From: Methylotenera sp. RIFCSPLOWO2_02_FULL_45_14
GTDB lineage: Bacteria; Pseudomonadota; Gammaproteobacteria; Burkholderiales; Methylophilaceae
Length of the DNA stretch: 64,000 nucleotides
Assembly (NCBI GenBank): GCA_001803395.1
Contig: MHBU01000024.1
Location: 17,003 to 81,002, forward strand
Direction of reading: 5' to 3'
The notes beneath the pieces are model-generated. The model ran no database searches. It was not told where the DNA came from and worked only from the letters and a program-made list of their open reading frames with translations. Positions 26,933 through 36,879 of the stretch are shown piece after piece; the first letter of the stretch is position 1; each line of letters opens with the position of its first letter. A program made the position numbers and the translations under genes.

Positions 26933-28468
26933 CTACCTTCTTTTAGTCATCAAATAATCAACTTCCCGGCTAGTGTCACCGTAACCCGCTTGCGTAAGCA
27001 ATGCGTGTTCTATATAGCGGCTTACCTGCTGGCGCAGCGCTCTCACGCTAGCTCCATCCACAAAACATTGTGGAAACTTAAAGCTTAACCATGCATATAA
27101 GCTTAAATTACGGCTAAGTAATTCTGCTTGTTCCAAATGTTTCGGGCTGTGTGAATCCAGCCAAACGGGTGCTGTCGGCAGGTAACGCATAGTGGATTGC
27201 GCTACGCTTTGCAGGCACATTAAATAGTAATCTTTTTCAAAAGCAACATTGAGTGAAATTGGCGCATAAACAAAGATAAACTTGTCTTTTAATGACATGT
27301 TCGGCGCATGTTCATCTACTAGCTGTGCTTGTGCAATTTGAGTGTTAAGTGATGATTGTTCAAAAAGGTCATGGTGAAACTTGGTTCTTTCTTGATGGTA
27401 ACTTAATATTTCTGCAATTTTTTGCGTATGCAAGTGCGCGGCAATGTCATCAATTTGCATAAAGTTGATGCTAATCGGCAATTTGGTTAAATCTGCGGTG
27501 TCATCTGTAGTCAACATGTGCTCAATATGAATAAGTTCTTCATTTTCAAGTACATTTACATAGCCGGTATCGTAAATGCCGTATCTGCCTGCGCGCCCTG
27601 CAATTTGGCGCACTTCTGTCATGTTGAGTAAGCGTGAAGCCACACCGTCAAATTTATGAATGTTTGAGAATATGATGCGACGAATCGGCAAATTTAAGCC
27701 CATGCCAATCGCGTCAGTGGCCACTAGAATATCTGCCTGGCCAGTATTAAAGCGCTCAGATTCGGTACGGCGTACTTCAGGCGATAATGCCCCGTAAATG
27801 CTGGCTACCGTAAAGCCCCATTGCCTGAATCGCGCGCTAAACGTCAGAACATCTTTACGGCTAAACGCGATGATGGCATCACCTTGTTGCAGCTTGGGTT
27901 TTAGTTTTTGGCGGCTGTAATGTTTGCCACACAGGCTTTCGTGTTCTAACACCAAAGGCGTTTTGCGTGCTAGTTGTGTGATTTCAAAAGTTTCATTCAA
28001 GGCCTCAATGGCGGCAATGCAAGGAGCCGTTACGGCATTTGAACCACAGATAAACACTTGTGATGCGGGCACGCCTACCAATGCGGCGGTCCAAGCCGGA
28101 CCTCGGTCAGGGTCTTGCAGCATTTGAATTTCATCAATAATGGCCACTTCAACTGGTTGACTGGGGTTCATCATTTCGATGGTAGATGCTGTGTGTTGTG
28201 CCCCCTCCATCAATGTGCGCTCTTCACCCGTAATGAGGTTGCATGGCACACCTGCGGCAACCAGGCGGTCACGAATTTCCATGGCGAGGAGTCGCAATGG
28301 GGCAAGATAGACACCGGATTTGGCTTTTTCTAAACTAAGCAGCGCTTGGTAGGTTTTACCCGAATTGGTGGGCCCTAGATAAAAATGATGGTGACGTTTA
28401 AGGTTGCGGGCGAGGGTGAAGTTGTCTATATAAGTGTTTGGTGCTGAATTTTTTTGGAATAATTTCAT
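26933..28468 (-). CDS. Suv3-like SF2 RNA helicase
   Basis: Motifs GPTNSGKT, YLAPLRLLA, TIEM, DEIQ, AFSRK, VATDAIGMGLN and QIAGRAGR. Confidence 0.9.
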   Translation of the reverse strand: MKLFQKNSAPNTYIDNFTLARNLKRHHHFYLGPTNSGKTYQALLSLEKAKSGVYLAPLRLLAMEIRDRLVAAGVPCNLITGEERTLMEGAQHTASTIEMMNPSQPVEVAIIDEIQMLQDPDRGPAWTAALVGVPASQVFICGSNAVTAPCIAAIEALNETFEITQLARKTPLVLEHESLCGKHYSRQKLKPKLQQGDAIIAFSRKDVLTFSARFRQWGFTVASIYGALSPEVRRTESERFNTGQADILVATDAIGMGLNLPIRRIIFSNIHKFDGVASRLLNMTEVRQIAGRAGRYGIYDTGYVNVLENEELIHIEHMLTTDDTADLTKLPISINFMQIDDIAAHLHTQKIAEILSYHQERTKFHHDLFEQSSLNTQIAQAQLVDEHAPNMSLKDKFIFVYAPISLNVAFEKDYYLMCLQSVAQSTMRYLPTAPVWLDSHSPKHLEQAELLSRNLSLYAWLSFKFPQCFVDGASVRALRQQVSRYIEHALLTQAGYGDTSREVDYLMTKRR

Positions 28469-28536
28469 ACTTTCAGGAATTTAGCTTAAAACAGGTAAAA
28501 TACCAACATACAAAAATACAAGTGACTTAATTTTTA

Positions 28537-30366
28537 ATGCGCATTCAACGCTTACCAGACCAGTTGATCAGTCAAATTGCCGCAGGCGAGGTGGTAGAGC
28601 GCCCCGCATCCGCGCTTAAAGAATTACTAGAGAATAGCCTGGATGCTGGTAGTACCGATATTCAGGTGTCGTTGTTGCAAGGTGGCATCAAACAATTGCG
28701 CGTGGTAGATAACGGTGTAGGGGTGGCGAAAGAAGATTTAGAACTGGCACTTACACGGCACGCTACCAGTAAAATTGCGAGTTTAGAAGATTTGGAATCT
28801 GTCGCCAGTTTGGGTTTTCGTGGCGAAGCATTGGCAAGCATTGCTTCAATTTCGCGCACGCAGTTAATGAGTCGTCAAGCTGAGTCTAGGCATGCCTGGC
28901 GTATTGTCTCTGAGGGTAGTGAAATTTACCCGATTGAACCCGGCGCGTTAGACACAGGTACGATTATTGAAGTGACTGATTTATATTTCAACACCCCAGC
29001 GCGCCGCAAGTTTTTAAAAACAGAAGCTACCGAGTTTGGGCATTGCGAAAAGGCTTTTGAGTGCGTGGCACTGTCGCGACCTGATGTGGCTTTTATGTTG
29101 CAACACAATGGCAAGGCGCTTAGTCGCTTTGCTATTAGTAGCCCTGGCAAAAGGTTTAGCGAAGTATTGGGCGCAGAGTTTGCCGCTGAAAGTGTTGAGA
29201 TAGATGAATCTGCTGCGGGTTTACGTTTGTGGGGTATGGCGGCCAAACCTACGTTTAATCGTCATAGTCGCGATACGCAATACGTGTATGTTAACGGCCG
29301 CTTTGTACGCGACAAACTGATTGCACATGCCATTCGCCAAGCGTACCAAGATGTGTTGCATCATGATCGCCATCCTGCGTTTGTGTTGTTTATTGAGCTG
29401 GATCCTAGCTTGGTGGATGTGAACGTACACCCAAGTAAAACAGAAGTCAGGTTTAGAGACGGGCAAGCGATCCATCGTTTTATTTTTCACTCATTACACA
29501 AAGCGTTAGCAACGCCAACAGGTGTTTCTAATGCGGTCACTGCGAGTCAGGCGGGGCATAATCCGTTTGCCTCCCCATCAGCAAACACACCGTATCCTAC
29601 GTTTCAATCTCAAATCAATTTGAACGCTAATGAGCGTTCAAGCTTTTACCAAACCCTATTTGGGAAAAATACGAACACAGACAATGAACGCCAGTACGCG
29701 AGTCCAGTTTGCTATGCGCCTGAGTTTGCAGATAACCAGTTTAAGGGTGAATCGCAGGAACATAGCAATGACTTTCCTCTTGGTTTTGCGGTGGCACAAA
29801 TACACGGTATCTATGTGTTAGCGCAAAATGTGCAAGGTTTAGTGGTGGTCGATATGCACGCTGCGCATGAGCGCATTATGTACGAACAGCTGAAAAACGC
29901 GCTAGACACTAAAAGTGTGGCCATGCAGCCTTTGTTACTGCCCGTAAGTTTTAATGCCGATAGATTAGAAGTGGCGACGGTACAAGAGGTGTTAGCTAGT
30001 AATGACGCCAGCTTGCAACAACTAGGTTTTGATATTGCTGTACTCTCACCCACAACGCTTGCCGTACGTGCCGTACCTACTATGCTGCAAAATGCCGATG
30101 CGGTGACCTTGGCGCGTGATGTATTGAGAGATTTGCGTGAGTATGGCGCTTCACGCGCACTCACAGAACGCAGAAATGAACTCTTAGGTACTATGGCTTG
30201 CCATGCCGCCGTGCGCGCTAATCGAAGCCTTACTATCCCAGAAATGAATGCCTTGCTACGCGACATGGAAGCTACCGAACGCTCAGGGCAGTGCAACCAT
30301 GGTCGCCCGACTTGGTTCCAGGTAAGCATGGCTGACTTGGATAAGATGTTTATGCGAGGTAAATAG
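28537..30366 (+). CDS. mutL: DNA mismatch repair protein MutL
   Basis: Motifs QIAAGEVVERP, LGFRGEALASI, DVNVHPSK, DMHAAHER, ACHAAV and CNHGRPT. Confidence 0.97.
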   Translation: MRIQRLPDQLISQIAAGEVVERPASALKELLENSLDAGSTDIQVSLLQGGIKQLRVVDNGVGVAKEDLELALTRHATSKIASLEDLESVASLGFRGEALASIASISRTQLMSRQAESRHAWRIVSEGSEIYPIEPGALDTGTIIEVTDLYFNTPARRKFLKTEATEFGHCEKAFECVALSRPDVAFMLQHNGKALSRFAISSPGKRFSEVLGAEFAAESVEIDESAAGLRLWGMAAKPTFNRHSRDTQYVYVNGRFVRDKLIAHAIRQAYQDVLHHDRHPAFVLFIELDPSLVDVNVHPSKTEVRFRDGQAIHRFIFHSLHKALATPTGVSNAVTASQAGHNPFASPSANTPYPTFQSQINLNANERSSFYQTLFGKNTNTDNERQYASPVCYAPEFADNQFKGESQEHSNDFPLGFAVAQIHGIYVLAQNVQGLVVVDMHAAHERIMYEQLKNALDTKSVAMQPLLLPVSFNADRLEVATVQEVLASNDASLQQLGFDIAVLSPTTLAVRAVPTMLQNADAVTLARDVLRDLREYGASRALTERRNELLGTMACHAAVRANRSLTIPEMNALLRDMEATERSGQCNHGRPTWFQVSMADLDKMFMRGK

Positions 30367-30491
30367 GGTTAGAAAGTACTTTGCCTTATATCCTTGTTGA
30401 TATACCACTATTGGTTATTTACATGTGAAATTCTTCTTCTACACTATCTGCAAGAGCAGCCGTTAACGGTAATGCTGCACCTGCCTTACCT

Positions 30492-32183
30492 TTAATTGAC
30501 CCAGTTCTTCAACCAGCGCCAAACAAGGCTGTCGGGTATTTCTACCCCATTAATCATATAGGTAAGTATTTTTGTATTATTGAGCAAGGTGGGCAGTGCA
30601 GATTTGGCAGAAGGGCGGCCACAAAATAGAATACAGTCGCCTGCCATCAGTTTAGTGGAAGTATCGGGGACTAGTAGCGGCTGATTGTTGCGAGACAGCA
30701 TCAGTGGCACTAAACTTAAACGCTGTTCGCGATTTAATGGGTCTTGTGTGAGGTTTTCAAGTGACACTGATGCACCATTATTTAATAACTCGGTCACAGC
30801 TGGTGCGTTTGCGTGGTTAATGGTCACCGCCCAAGTTTCAGGTACGCTTTCGCCCACGATTGAAACCAATTGACTGATCAGTTGGTTCGCCCACTCGTTG
30901 GTTTGATTGCGCACGAGCTCTAAAAACTGCGCCAGCAAGGGTGATATCATGTGTGCTAAGCACTCATGGGCAATAATGTCGGTGGGTTGCATGGTGATGT
31001 CGGCGTTAAACTGCTTAAACAATGCGTTGTTATGGTGTTTGTTTTTGCGGATTACTACAAATAATTTTGGATTAAGCTCAAAAGCTGTCATCACTATTGA
31101 TAAATTATTAATGTCATTATCGGTGCCAGCGACAATGCCAACTGCGTTGTTAATGTCGGCTTCAAGCAAAGTTTTAGCTTCGGTACCGCTACCGAGAATA
31201 CATTTGTTGCAACCAGTTAATTCTGGCGCGGCTTCTATAATGGTGGTGCTGATGTGTTCGCGCTCTAAATTTTTAACCACGGACTTACCAAATCGACCAT
31301 AACCACACACGACCCATCTGCCTAAAGGCGGATATTCTGGTGGAGGCAGTTTGTCACCTGGTGTGTCTGTAAGCCACTCATGCAAAATATAAGTGCCAAG
31401 CGCATGTACGCGCATAGCTAGCTGATCACCAAATAAGGTGTAGGGGTTGATAATATGATCGGTGCCGAACGAGGCCATGTTGGCGGCAATGTCATCGCGT
31501 TCGGCGCGTGCCAGCACGGGCAAGCTGGGGTTCATGAGCTTGACTGCCACAGCAACGGCCAGATTGACCTCATCGTCATCTGTCAGTGTGACTACACCGC
31601 AACATAGCGGATGATGTACTCCCGCCCTAACTAGGTTTTCTGGTAGTTTTGCATCGGCACAAAGGTTAGGAATAACATTGTATGTGTTGCCTAACTCAAG
31701 TTCGTTGATGCGATCTTGTTGCGATTCAATCACCACCACACGTATGTCTTTTTCATCGAGCGCTTTGGCTAACAAGCTCGCAGACTCACCATAACTGCAC
31801 AGGATATAAAAAGGTTCTTGCAATGATCGCACGCTATTGGTAAAGCGCTCGGTCACCATGGCTAAGCGCAGGCCTGGATCTTGTAACAAGGTAATGATTC
31901 TACCTATCGCGTAAAACCATGGAATCACCGTAAAGTAGATGGAAAAGGTCATCCATAAGCGTTGCGCCTGACTAAATGGATAAGGAATTTCGCCAAAGCC
32001 AATTGTGGTTGCGGTATAGCTGATGACATAAAAAGCTTCAAATATGCTCATGTGCCAAAGTTGATCTTTATCGTCAACACCTGGCATCAGTGAAAGACCA
32101 ATCACTGAGATTGCGAAGCTGACGATAATCAGTATCAATGGCCGTCGCAAGCGACGTAACATCAGAAACAGAACGCTATTCAT
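30492..32183 (-). CDS. 2-TM potassium channel with tandem RCK domains (GsuK-like)
   Basis: Selectivity filter TTIGFGE between two TM helices. RCK1 LCSYGESA and RCK2 VCGYGRFG. Confidence 0.87.
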   Translation of the reverse strand: MNSVLFLMLRRLRRPLILIIVSFAISVIGLSLMPGVDDKDQLWHMSIFEAFYVISYTATTIGFGEIPYPFSQAQRLWMTFSIYFTVIPWFYAIGRIITLLQDPGLRLAMVTERFTNSVRSLQEPFYILCSYGESASLLAKALDEKDIRVVVIESQQDRINELELGNTYNVIPNLCADAKLPENLVRAGVHHPLCCGVVTLTDDDEVNLAVAVAVKLMNPSLPVLARAERDDIAANMASFGTDHIINPYTLFGDQLAMRVHALGTYILHEWLTDTPGDKLPPPEYPPLGRWVVCGYGRFGKSVVKNLEREHISTTIIEAAPELTGCNKCILGSGTEAKTLLEADINNAVGIVAGTDNDINNLSIVMTAFELNPKLFVVIRKNKHHNNALFKQFNADITMQPTDIIAHECLAHMISPLLAQFLELVRNQTNEWANQLISQLVSIVGESVPETWAVTINHANAPAVTELLNNGASVSLENLTQDPLNREQRLSLVPLMLSRNNQPLLVPDTSTKLMAGDCILFCGRPSAKSALPTLLNNTKILTYMINGVEIPDSLVWRWLKNWVN

Positions 32184-32222
32184 GCGTGAGGGTTTGTAGC
32201 GTTAGCATGATCTTGCACGTGA

Positions 32223-32597
32223 CTACCGACGTTGGCTAATGGTTTCTGAGATGAGTAAAATGACGGATACAAAATTAGCCATGAGTGCACCACCAGAAAG
32301 CGACACAATATAGACGGTTAGACTTGACTCATCCATTTTTCCACTTAAGGCGGCCCATAAAATTGCAGCTGCAATGAGCTGTAAGTCAGCGGCTAAGCTG
32401 GTGGAGAGTAAAATGGCACCCACATGGGTACGGTCACCAAATTTAAGTACAGTGGCAATCAGGCTGACTATAATGGCTGCGTATAATTCGTAAACATGGT
32501 GATGGGTTGGGTTGTCGATGTCCCCAATAAAAAACCCAAAGTTTAATGTCATGGCCAATACGATAAAAAAACCAAAAACAACTTTTTCTAAATTCAT
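32223..32597 (-). CDS. Small membrane protein (DUF6394-like)
   Basis: 124 aa, mostly hydrophobic, with MNLEKVVFGFF...LKFGDRT...ADLQL as recalled for the family. It sits directly upstream of the channel on the same strand. Confidence 0.72.
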   Translation of the reverse strand: MNLEKVVFGFFIVLAMTLNFGFFIGDIDNPTHHHVYELYAAIIVSLIATVLKFGDRTHVGAILLSTSLAADLQLIAAAILWAALSGKMDESSLTVYIVSLSGGALMANFVSVILLISETISQRR

Positions 32598-32796
32598 GGG
32601 TTAAGTCCACCTGGAAATTGATTGCCGAAATTTAATAGCATGCTGTAATAGCATAATAATCACTCACAACGCGCTATTATACAAGTCTAACGATCCACTT
32701 ATGGAACAAAGTAAGCGAATTCTATGGTCTTTTGCCAACGCTCTGTTGGCATTTAATAAAATGTTCTCCTACTTAACACATTAAACGAACTTAAAA

Positions 32797-33771
32797 ATGA
32801 ACTTAACAACATTACCCCCTGCCATTTTTCTGATGGGCCCTACCGCTAGCGGAAAAACCGGTGCGGCTGTCGCGCTTATGTCAAAGCTGCCGGTTGAACT
32901 CATTAGTGTTGACTCTGCGCTCGTGTATCGTGATATGAACATTGGTACGGCTAAGCCAGATAATGAAACTTTGGCAAAAGCGCCACATCATTTGATTGAT
33001 ATTATTCCGCCAACCGAGGCGTATTCAGCGGCTAATTTTAGAAACGATGCTTTGCGTTTAATGGCCGACATCACGGCACGTGGCAAAGTGCCACTGTTAG
33101 TAGGCGGTACCATGTTGTACTTTAAAGCATTGCAAGGTGGGTTGAGTAAGCTGCCTGAAGCAAACCTGCAAGTGCGTGAAAAAATAGAACAAGAGGCCGC
33201 ACAACTTGGCTGGCCAGCCATGCACGCAAAACTTGCAAAAATAGACCCTGATACCGCTGCGCGTTTGCAGCCCAATGATGTGCAAAGGATAGAACGTGCG
33301 CTGGAGGTTTATCGGTTGACTGGTCAGTCAATGACAGCATTGCATCAGGCGTCTGCTGGCGAAATATTACCTTATAGATTGCTTAAAATCGCGCTGGTGC
33401 CAAGTGACCGCAAAGTGTTGCATGAGCGTATTGCTTTGCGTTTTGACCAAATGCTTGCTGATGGTTTTTTAGATGAAGTAAAAGCGTTGATAGCCAAATA
33501 TCCTACTTTAACCGCTGAATCAACCTCAATGCGTTGTGTGGGTTATCGGCAGGCTTTGGAATATTTGGCAGGTCAATATGATGAAACAGAGTTGCGTGAT
33601 AGAGGAATTTTTGCCACTCGGCAATTGGCAAAGCGCCAGCTGACTTGGCTGCGTGGCATGGATGACTTGGAGGAAGTGGATTGTTTGGACCCTGCAATGC
33701 ACGAGATAGTGTTGGATCAAATAGCGAAGTTTATCGGCAGGTCCAAAATTGATTTAGCGAGTTTACGCTAA
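32797..33771 (+). CDS. miaA: tRNA dimethylallyltransferase
   Basis: Motifs [36 protein letters not shown] and [11 protein letters not shown]. Confidence 0.97.
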   Translation: MNLTTLPPAIFLMGPTASGKTGAAVALMSKLPVELISVDSALVYRDMNIGTAKPDNETLAKAPHHLIDIIPPTEAYSAANFRNDALRLMADITARGKVPLLVGGTMLYFKALQGGLSKLPEANLQVREKIEQEAAQLGWPAMHAKLAKIDPDTAARLQPNDVQRIERALEVYRLTGQSMTALHQASAGEILPYRLLKIALVPSDRKVLHERIALRFDQMLADGFLDEVKALIAKYPTLTAESTSMRCVGYRQALEYLAGQYDETELRDRGIFATRQLAKRQLTWLRGMDDLEEVDCLDPAMHEIVLDQIAKFIGRSKIDLASLR

Positions 33772-33847
33772 AACATAACATCTAATTACCCACAACCCAA
33801 AATGACAAATAAGTGCGTTAAAGCTTTCAATCTAACTTAAATTAGGC

Positions 33848-35455
33848 CTAATAAGCATCCGTATTGGCTTTGAGAACAGACCTCCAGGTTGAGCAGTCAT
33901 TCGTATCCAATTCATAAGCTGTTAGCATGGCACAAAACAAATCATCATGACTAAGGTCTTTGCTTTCATAAGGCTTAACCTGGTCTATTTTGTAATCAAA
34001 ATTCTTACCAAACCACGCTATAGCTGGAACATGGATTTGTGCCTTGGGAGCAATCGCATAGGGGGCACCGTGAAGATATACGCCGAGCTCCCCTAATGAT
34101 TCACCATGGTCGCTTACATATAGCATTGCAGTTTCATAATTATCGTCATATTTTTGCATGAACTTAATCACGTTTGACAAGAAGTAATCGGTGTACAAAA
34201 TTGCATTGTCGTAAGCATTCCCAATTTCTTCGTTGGAGCATTTCCCTAGATCATTGGTTTTGCATGTTGGTGTGAATCTTTCAAATTCTTTCGGATAACG
34301 TTTGTAATAGGCGGGACCATGATTGCCCATCTGGTGTAAGACGATAAGAATATCTTTACCTTTTCTGGCATTAATATATTGATCAAGACCATTGAGCATC
34401 CCAATGTCTCTGCACTCATCGTCACAAATAGGGTTTATCGGTGGCTTTTTAAAATCTTCATAAAGCATGCGTTTAGCCACGCCCTTAGAGTCGGAATTGT
34501 TATCGCGCCACAAAATTTCCACGCCATTTTCTGATAAAACATCGAGTACATTCTGATGTATTAACCCGGCTTTTATATCAAAGTCTTCTCTTTTCAATGA
34601 AGAAAACATACATGGGACTGAAGTTGCTGTGGATGTGCCACAAGATGAAACATTTTTGAAACTAATAACCTCATGTTTTTTTAGTTCAGGATTGGTATCC
34701 CGTTCATAGCCATTTAGCGAAAAATGGTCGGCACGGGCTGTTTCACCAATGATTAATATCATTAACTCATTTTTATGTGTTTCACCAATGTGTTTGGTAT
34801 CTTGTGCCACTTTAATTAAAGTGGTATTACTTTCTGGCCGTTTAAAGGCATTATTTATGTACTGTATGACTGAATAAGAAAAGTAAGTCGGATTTGCATA
34901 GAACCTTAGGGTTTTATGTTCACGAATAAAAGATGCATATTGAGACGTGAATGGGACTACGACCAAAATGAGTAGAAAAATTAAAACTGATGCTAATGTG
35001 AGTTTAGATTTCAGTTCGCGAATTAAGCCTTGTGATTTAGGGCAAAATCTAAAAATAAGGTACGAGGGAAAAATACCAAAAACAATGGTGTGCAAAATAA
35101 AACCAAAGTTTATTAGTTCTCCAGCCTCTCTTGTATCGGTTTGCAAAACATTTTCGAGCATATCTGTATCAATGACAACGCTGTAACTATCCATGAAATA
35201 TGCGGCTTGTGAGGCAGAAAAAACGATAATGGCTAAGATCCATGGCGTTGATTTGCTATAGCAAATGAGATTTAAAAAAAGTGCTGTCGCAAGTGTAAAG
35301 AATGCAGTAATTGATAACAGGAATAAAATGTTGCCAGATGCGATTGGGTAAGTTGCAATTAGTTTTTGAAAGAAAGTACTATTTCCTGTTGCCATGAGAA
35401 ATAACGTGACAATAAGAATGAAGCTATGCTGAGGACTAATTATTTTTTTATACAC
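33848..35455 (-). CDS. eptA: Lipid A phosphoethanolamine transferase (EptA/MCR family), AT-rich
   Basis: About five N-terminal TM helices. Motifs IIGETARADH, SCGTSTATSVPCMFS (catalytic Thr), HQMGNHGP, NAILYTD, SDHGESLGE and HDDLF. Confidence 0.92.
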   Translation of the reverse strand: MYKKIISPQHSFILIVTLFLMATGNSTFFQKLIATYPIASGNILFLLSITAFFTLATALFLNLICYSKSTPWILAIIVFSASQAAYFMDSYSVVIDTDMLENVLQTDTREAGELINFGFILHTIVFGIFPSYLIFRFCPKSQGLIRELKSKLTLASVLIFLLILVVVPFTSQYASFIREHKTLRFYANPTYFSYSVIQYINNAFKRPESNTTLIKVAQDTKHIGETHKNELMILIIGETARADHFSLNGYERDTNPELKKHEVISFKNVSSCGTSTATSVPCMFSSLKREDFDIKAGLIHQNVLDVLSENGVEILWRDNNSDSKGVAKRMLYEDFKKPPINPICDDECRDIGMLNGLDQYINARKGKDILIVLHQMGNHGPAYYKRYPKEFERFTPTCKTNDLGKCSNEEIGNAYDNAILYTDYFLSNVIKFMQKYDDNYETAMLYVSDHGESLGELGVYLHGAPYAIAPKAQIHVPAIAWFGKNFDYKIDQVKPYESKDLSHDDLFCAMLTAYELDTNDCSTWRSVLKANTDAY

Positions 35456-35539
35456 AATATGTTAGATTCTTTTTAATTTAATACAGTTAGGTAAATTGAG
35501 GGTGTTTTGAATTTTGATAACAGGTATAAATCATGTTTT

Positions 35540-35590
35540 ATCTGCGTCACCTAGAGGCGCCTACTTTTGGTAATCAGTGTGCATCTGCGG
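35540..35590. repeat. Degenerate ATCTGCG-family REP-like motif at the eptA/dapC boundary
   Basis: ATCTGCG at 35540-35546 and 35583-35589; the second copy lies within AATCAGTGTGCATCTGCGG. Confidence 0.4.
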
Positions 35591-35647
35591 CTAATCGCCA
35601 TTCTTAGGATTGTTAAATAATGGAGCCCAGTAAATTTAACGACATTT

Positions 35648-36850
35648 TTAAAAGTGTTTGCGTATGCGCTTGGCAGCTTCAATACATTCATTGTAGGGTG
35701 CTACCAGCGCCATACGCACGAAATTTTTACCTGGGTTTAGCCCGTGTGCTTCACGCGCTAATAAGCTACCAGGTAGCACGGTAATGTTCAAATCGCGGTA
35801 AAGTTTAACTGCAAACTCAGTGTCAGTAATTTCATGATCCTTAATTTTTGCCCACAGATAAAACGCGGCATCTGGAACAGTCACTTCTAAAACGTCAGTG
35901 AGTAATGGCGTGACGTCTTTGAACTTTTGTGCATACAGTGTGCGATTTTCAATCACGTGCGCTTCATCATTCCAAGCGGCAACTGAGGCTGCTTGTACGG
36001 CAGGGTTCATGGCACAGCCATGATAGGTGCGATAGAGCGTAAATGCTTCAATAATCTTTTCATCGCCAGCGACAAAGCCTGAACGCATGCCCGGCACATT
36101 GGAGCGTTTAGAAAGTGAGCTGAATACAATCAGGTTTTTGTAATCTCGACCTAGTAAATGTGCTGCTTGCAGTGCACCTAACGGTGGGTTGGCTTCATCA
36201 AAATAAATTTCAGAATAGCATTCATCGGCAGCAATGACAAAGCCATATTGGTCAGATAATTCAAGGATGGTTTTCCATTGCTCTAAACTCATGACCTTGC
36301 CTGAAGGGTTGCCCGGGCTGCAAACATAAACCAGTTGCGTGCGCTTTAATATATCCACTGGCACGCTTGAGAAATCCATCACGTGATTTAGCTTTGGGTC
36401 TTGATGCGGCAAGGTATTTAAAAAGTAGGGGGTAGCCCCCGCTAAAAACGCTGCACCTTCATAAATCTGATAAAACGGGTTAGGTGAAATCACCATAGGA
36501 TTAGGTTTGGTTTGATCAATGATGGCTTGCGCAAGGGCAAACAGTGCCTCGCGGCTGCCATTGACTGGCAAAATCGCTGTTTCAGCATTGAGCGCAGGGA
36601 TGTTATAGCGACGTGAAATCCAATGTGAAATTGCAGTCCGTAGCTCAATTGAGCCTATAGTCGTGGGATAATTGGCTAGCCCAGCCAAACTGTTCACCAA
36701 CGCATCTTTAATTAGCTGGGGTGTGGCGTGCTTAGGCTCGCCAATTGATAAGTTAATTGGTGTAAACGCCGGGTTAGGTGTAATGCCTTTGAATAAGTCT
36801 CGCAAGCGTTGAAACGGGTAAGGCTGTAATAAATTTAGATTAGGATTCAT
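35648..36850 (-). CDS. dapC: N-succinyldiaminopimelate aminotransferase (start revised to ATG 36850)
   Basis: MNPNLNLLQPYPF, LSIGEPKH, GSREALF, NPFYQIYEGAA, DECYSE and SLSKRSN (PLP Lys). Confidence 0.93.
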   Translation of the reverse strand: MNPNLNLLQPYPFQRLRDLFKGITPNPAFTPINLSIGEPKHATPQLIKDALVNSLAGLANYPTTIGSIELRTAISHWISRRYNIPALNAETAILPVNGSREALFALAQAIIDQTKPNPMVISPNPFYQIYEGAAFLAGATPYFLNTLPHQDPKLNHVMDFSSVPVDILKRTQLVYVCSPGNPSGKVMSLEQWKTILELSDQYGFVIAADECYSEIYFDEANPPLGALQAAHLLGRDYKNLIVFSSLSKRSNVPGMRSGFVAGDEKIIEAFTLYRTYHGCAMNPAVQAASVAAWNDEAHVIENRTLYAQKFKDVTPLLTDVLEVTVPDAAFYLWAKIKDHEITDTEFAVKLYRDLNITVLPGSLLAREAHGLNPGKNFVRMALVAPYNECIEAAKRIRKHF

Positions 36851-36857
36851 AGGCAAC

Positions 36858-36865
36858 ATTATAGT
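36858..36865. promoter_or_regulatory. Overlapping bidirectional -10 boxes for dapC and the EamA gene
   Basis: ATTATAGT gives TATAAT on the minus strand (36863-36858), 7 nt before dapC ATG 36850, and TATAGT on the plus strand (36860-36865). Confidence 0.6.
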
Positions 36866-36879
36866 GAGCGAGCATTACA

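Noticed and set aside
29811-30329. 172-aa antisense ORF inside mutL
   Set aside because: Shadow of a highly conserved gene; no recognisable domain.
32733-32751. TGCCAAC-GCTCT-GTTGGCA hairpin upstream of miaA
   Set aside because: A 7-bp stem with a poor U-tract in a divergent promoter gap; function cannot be assigned.
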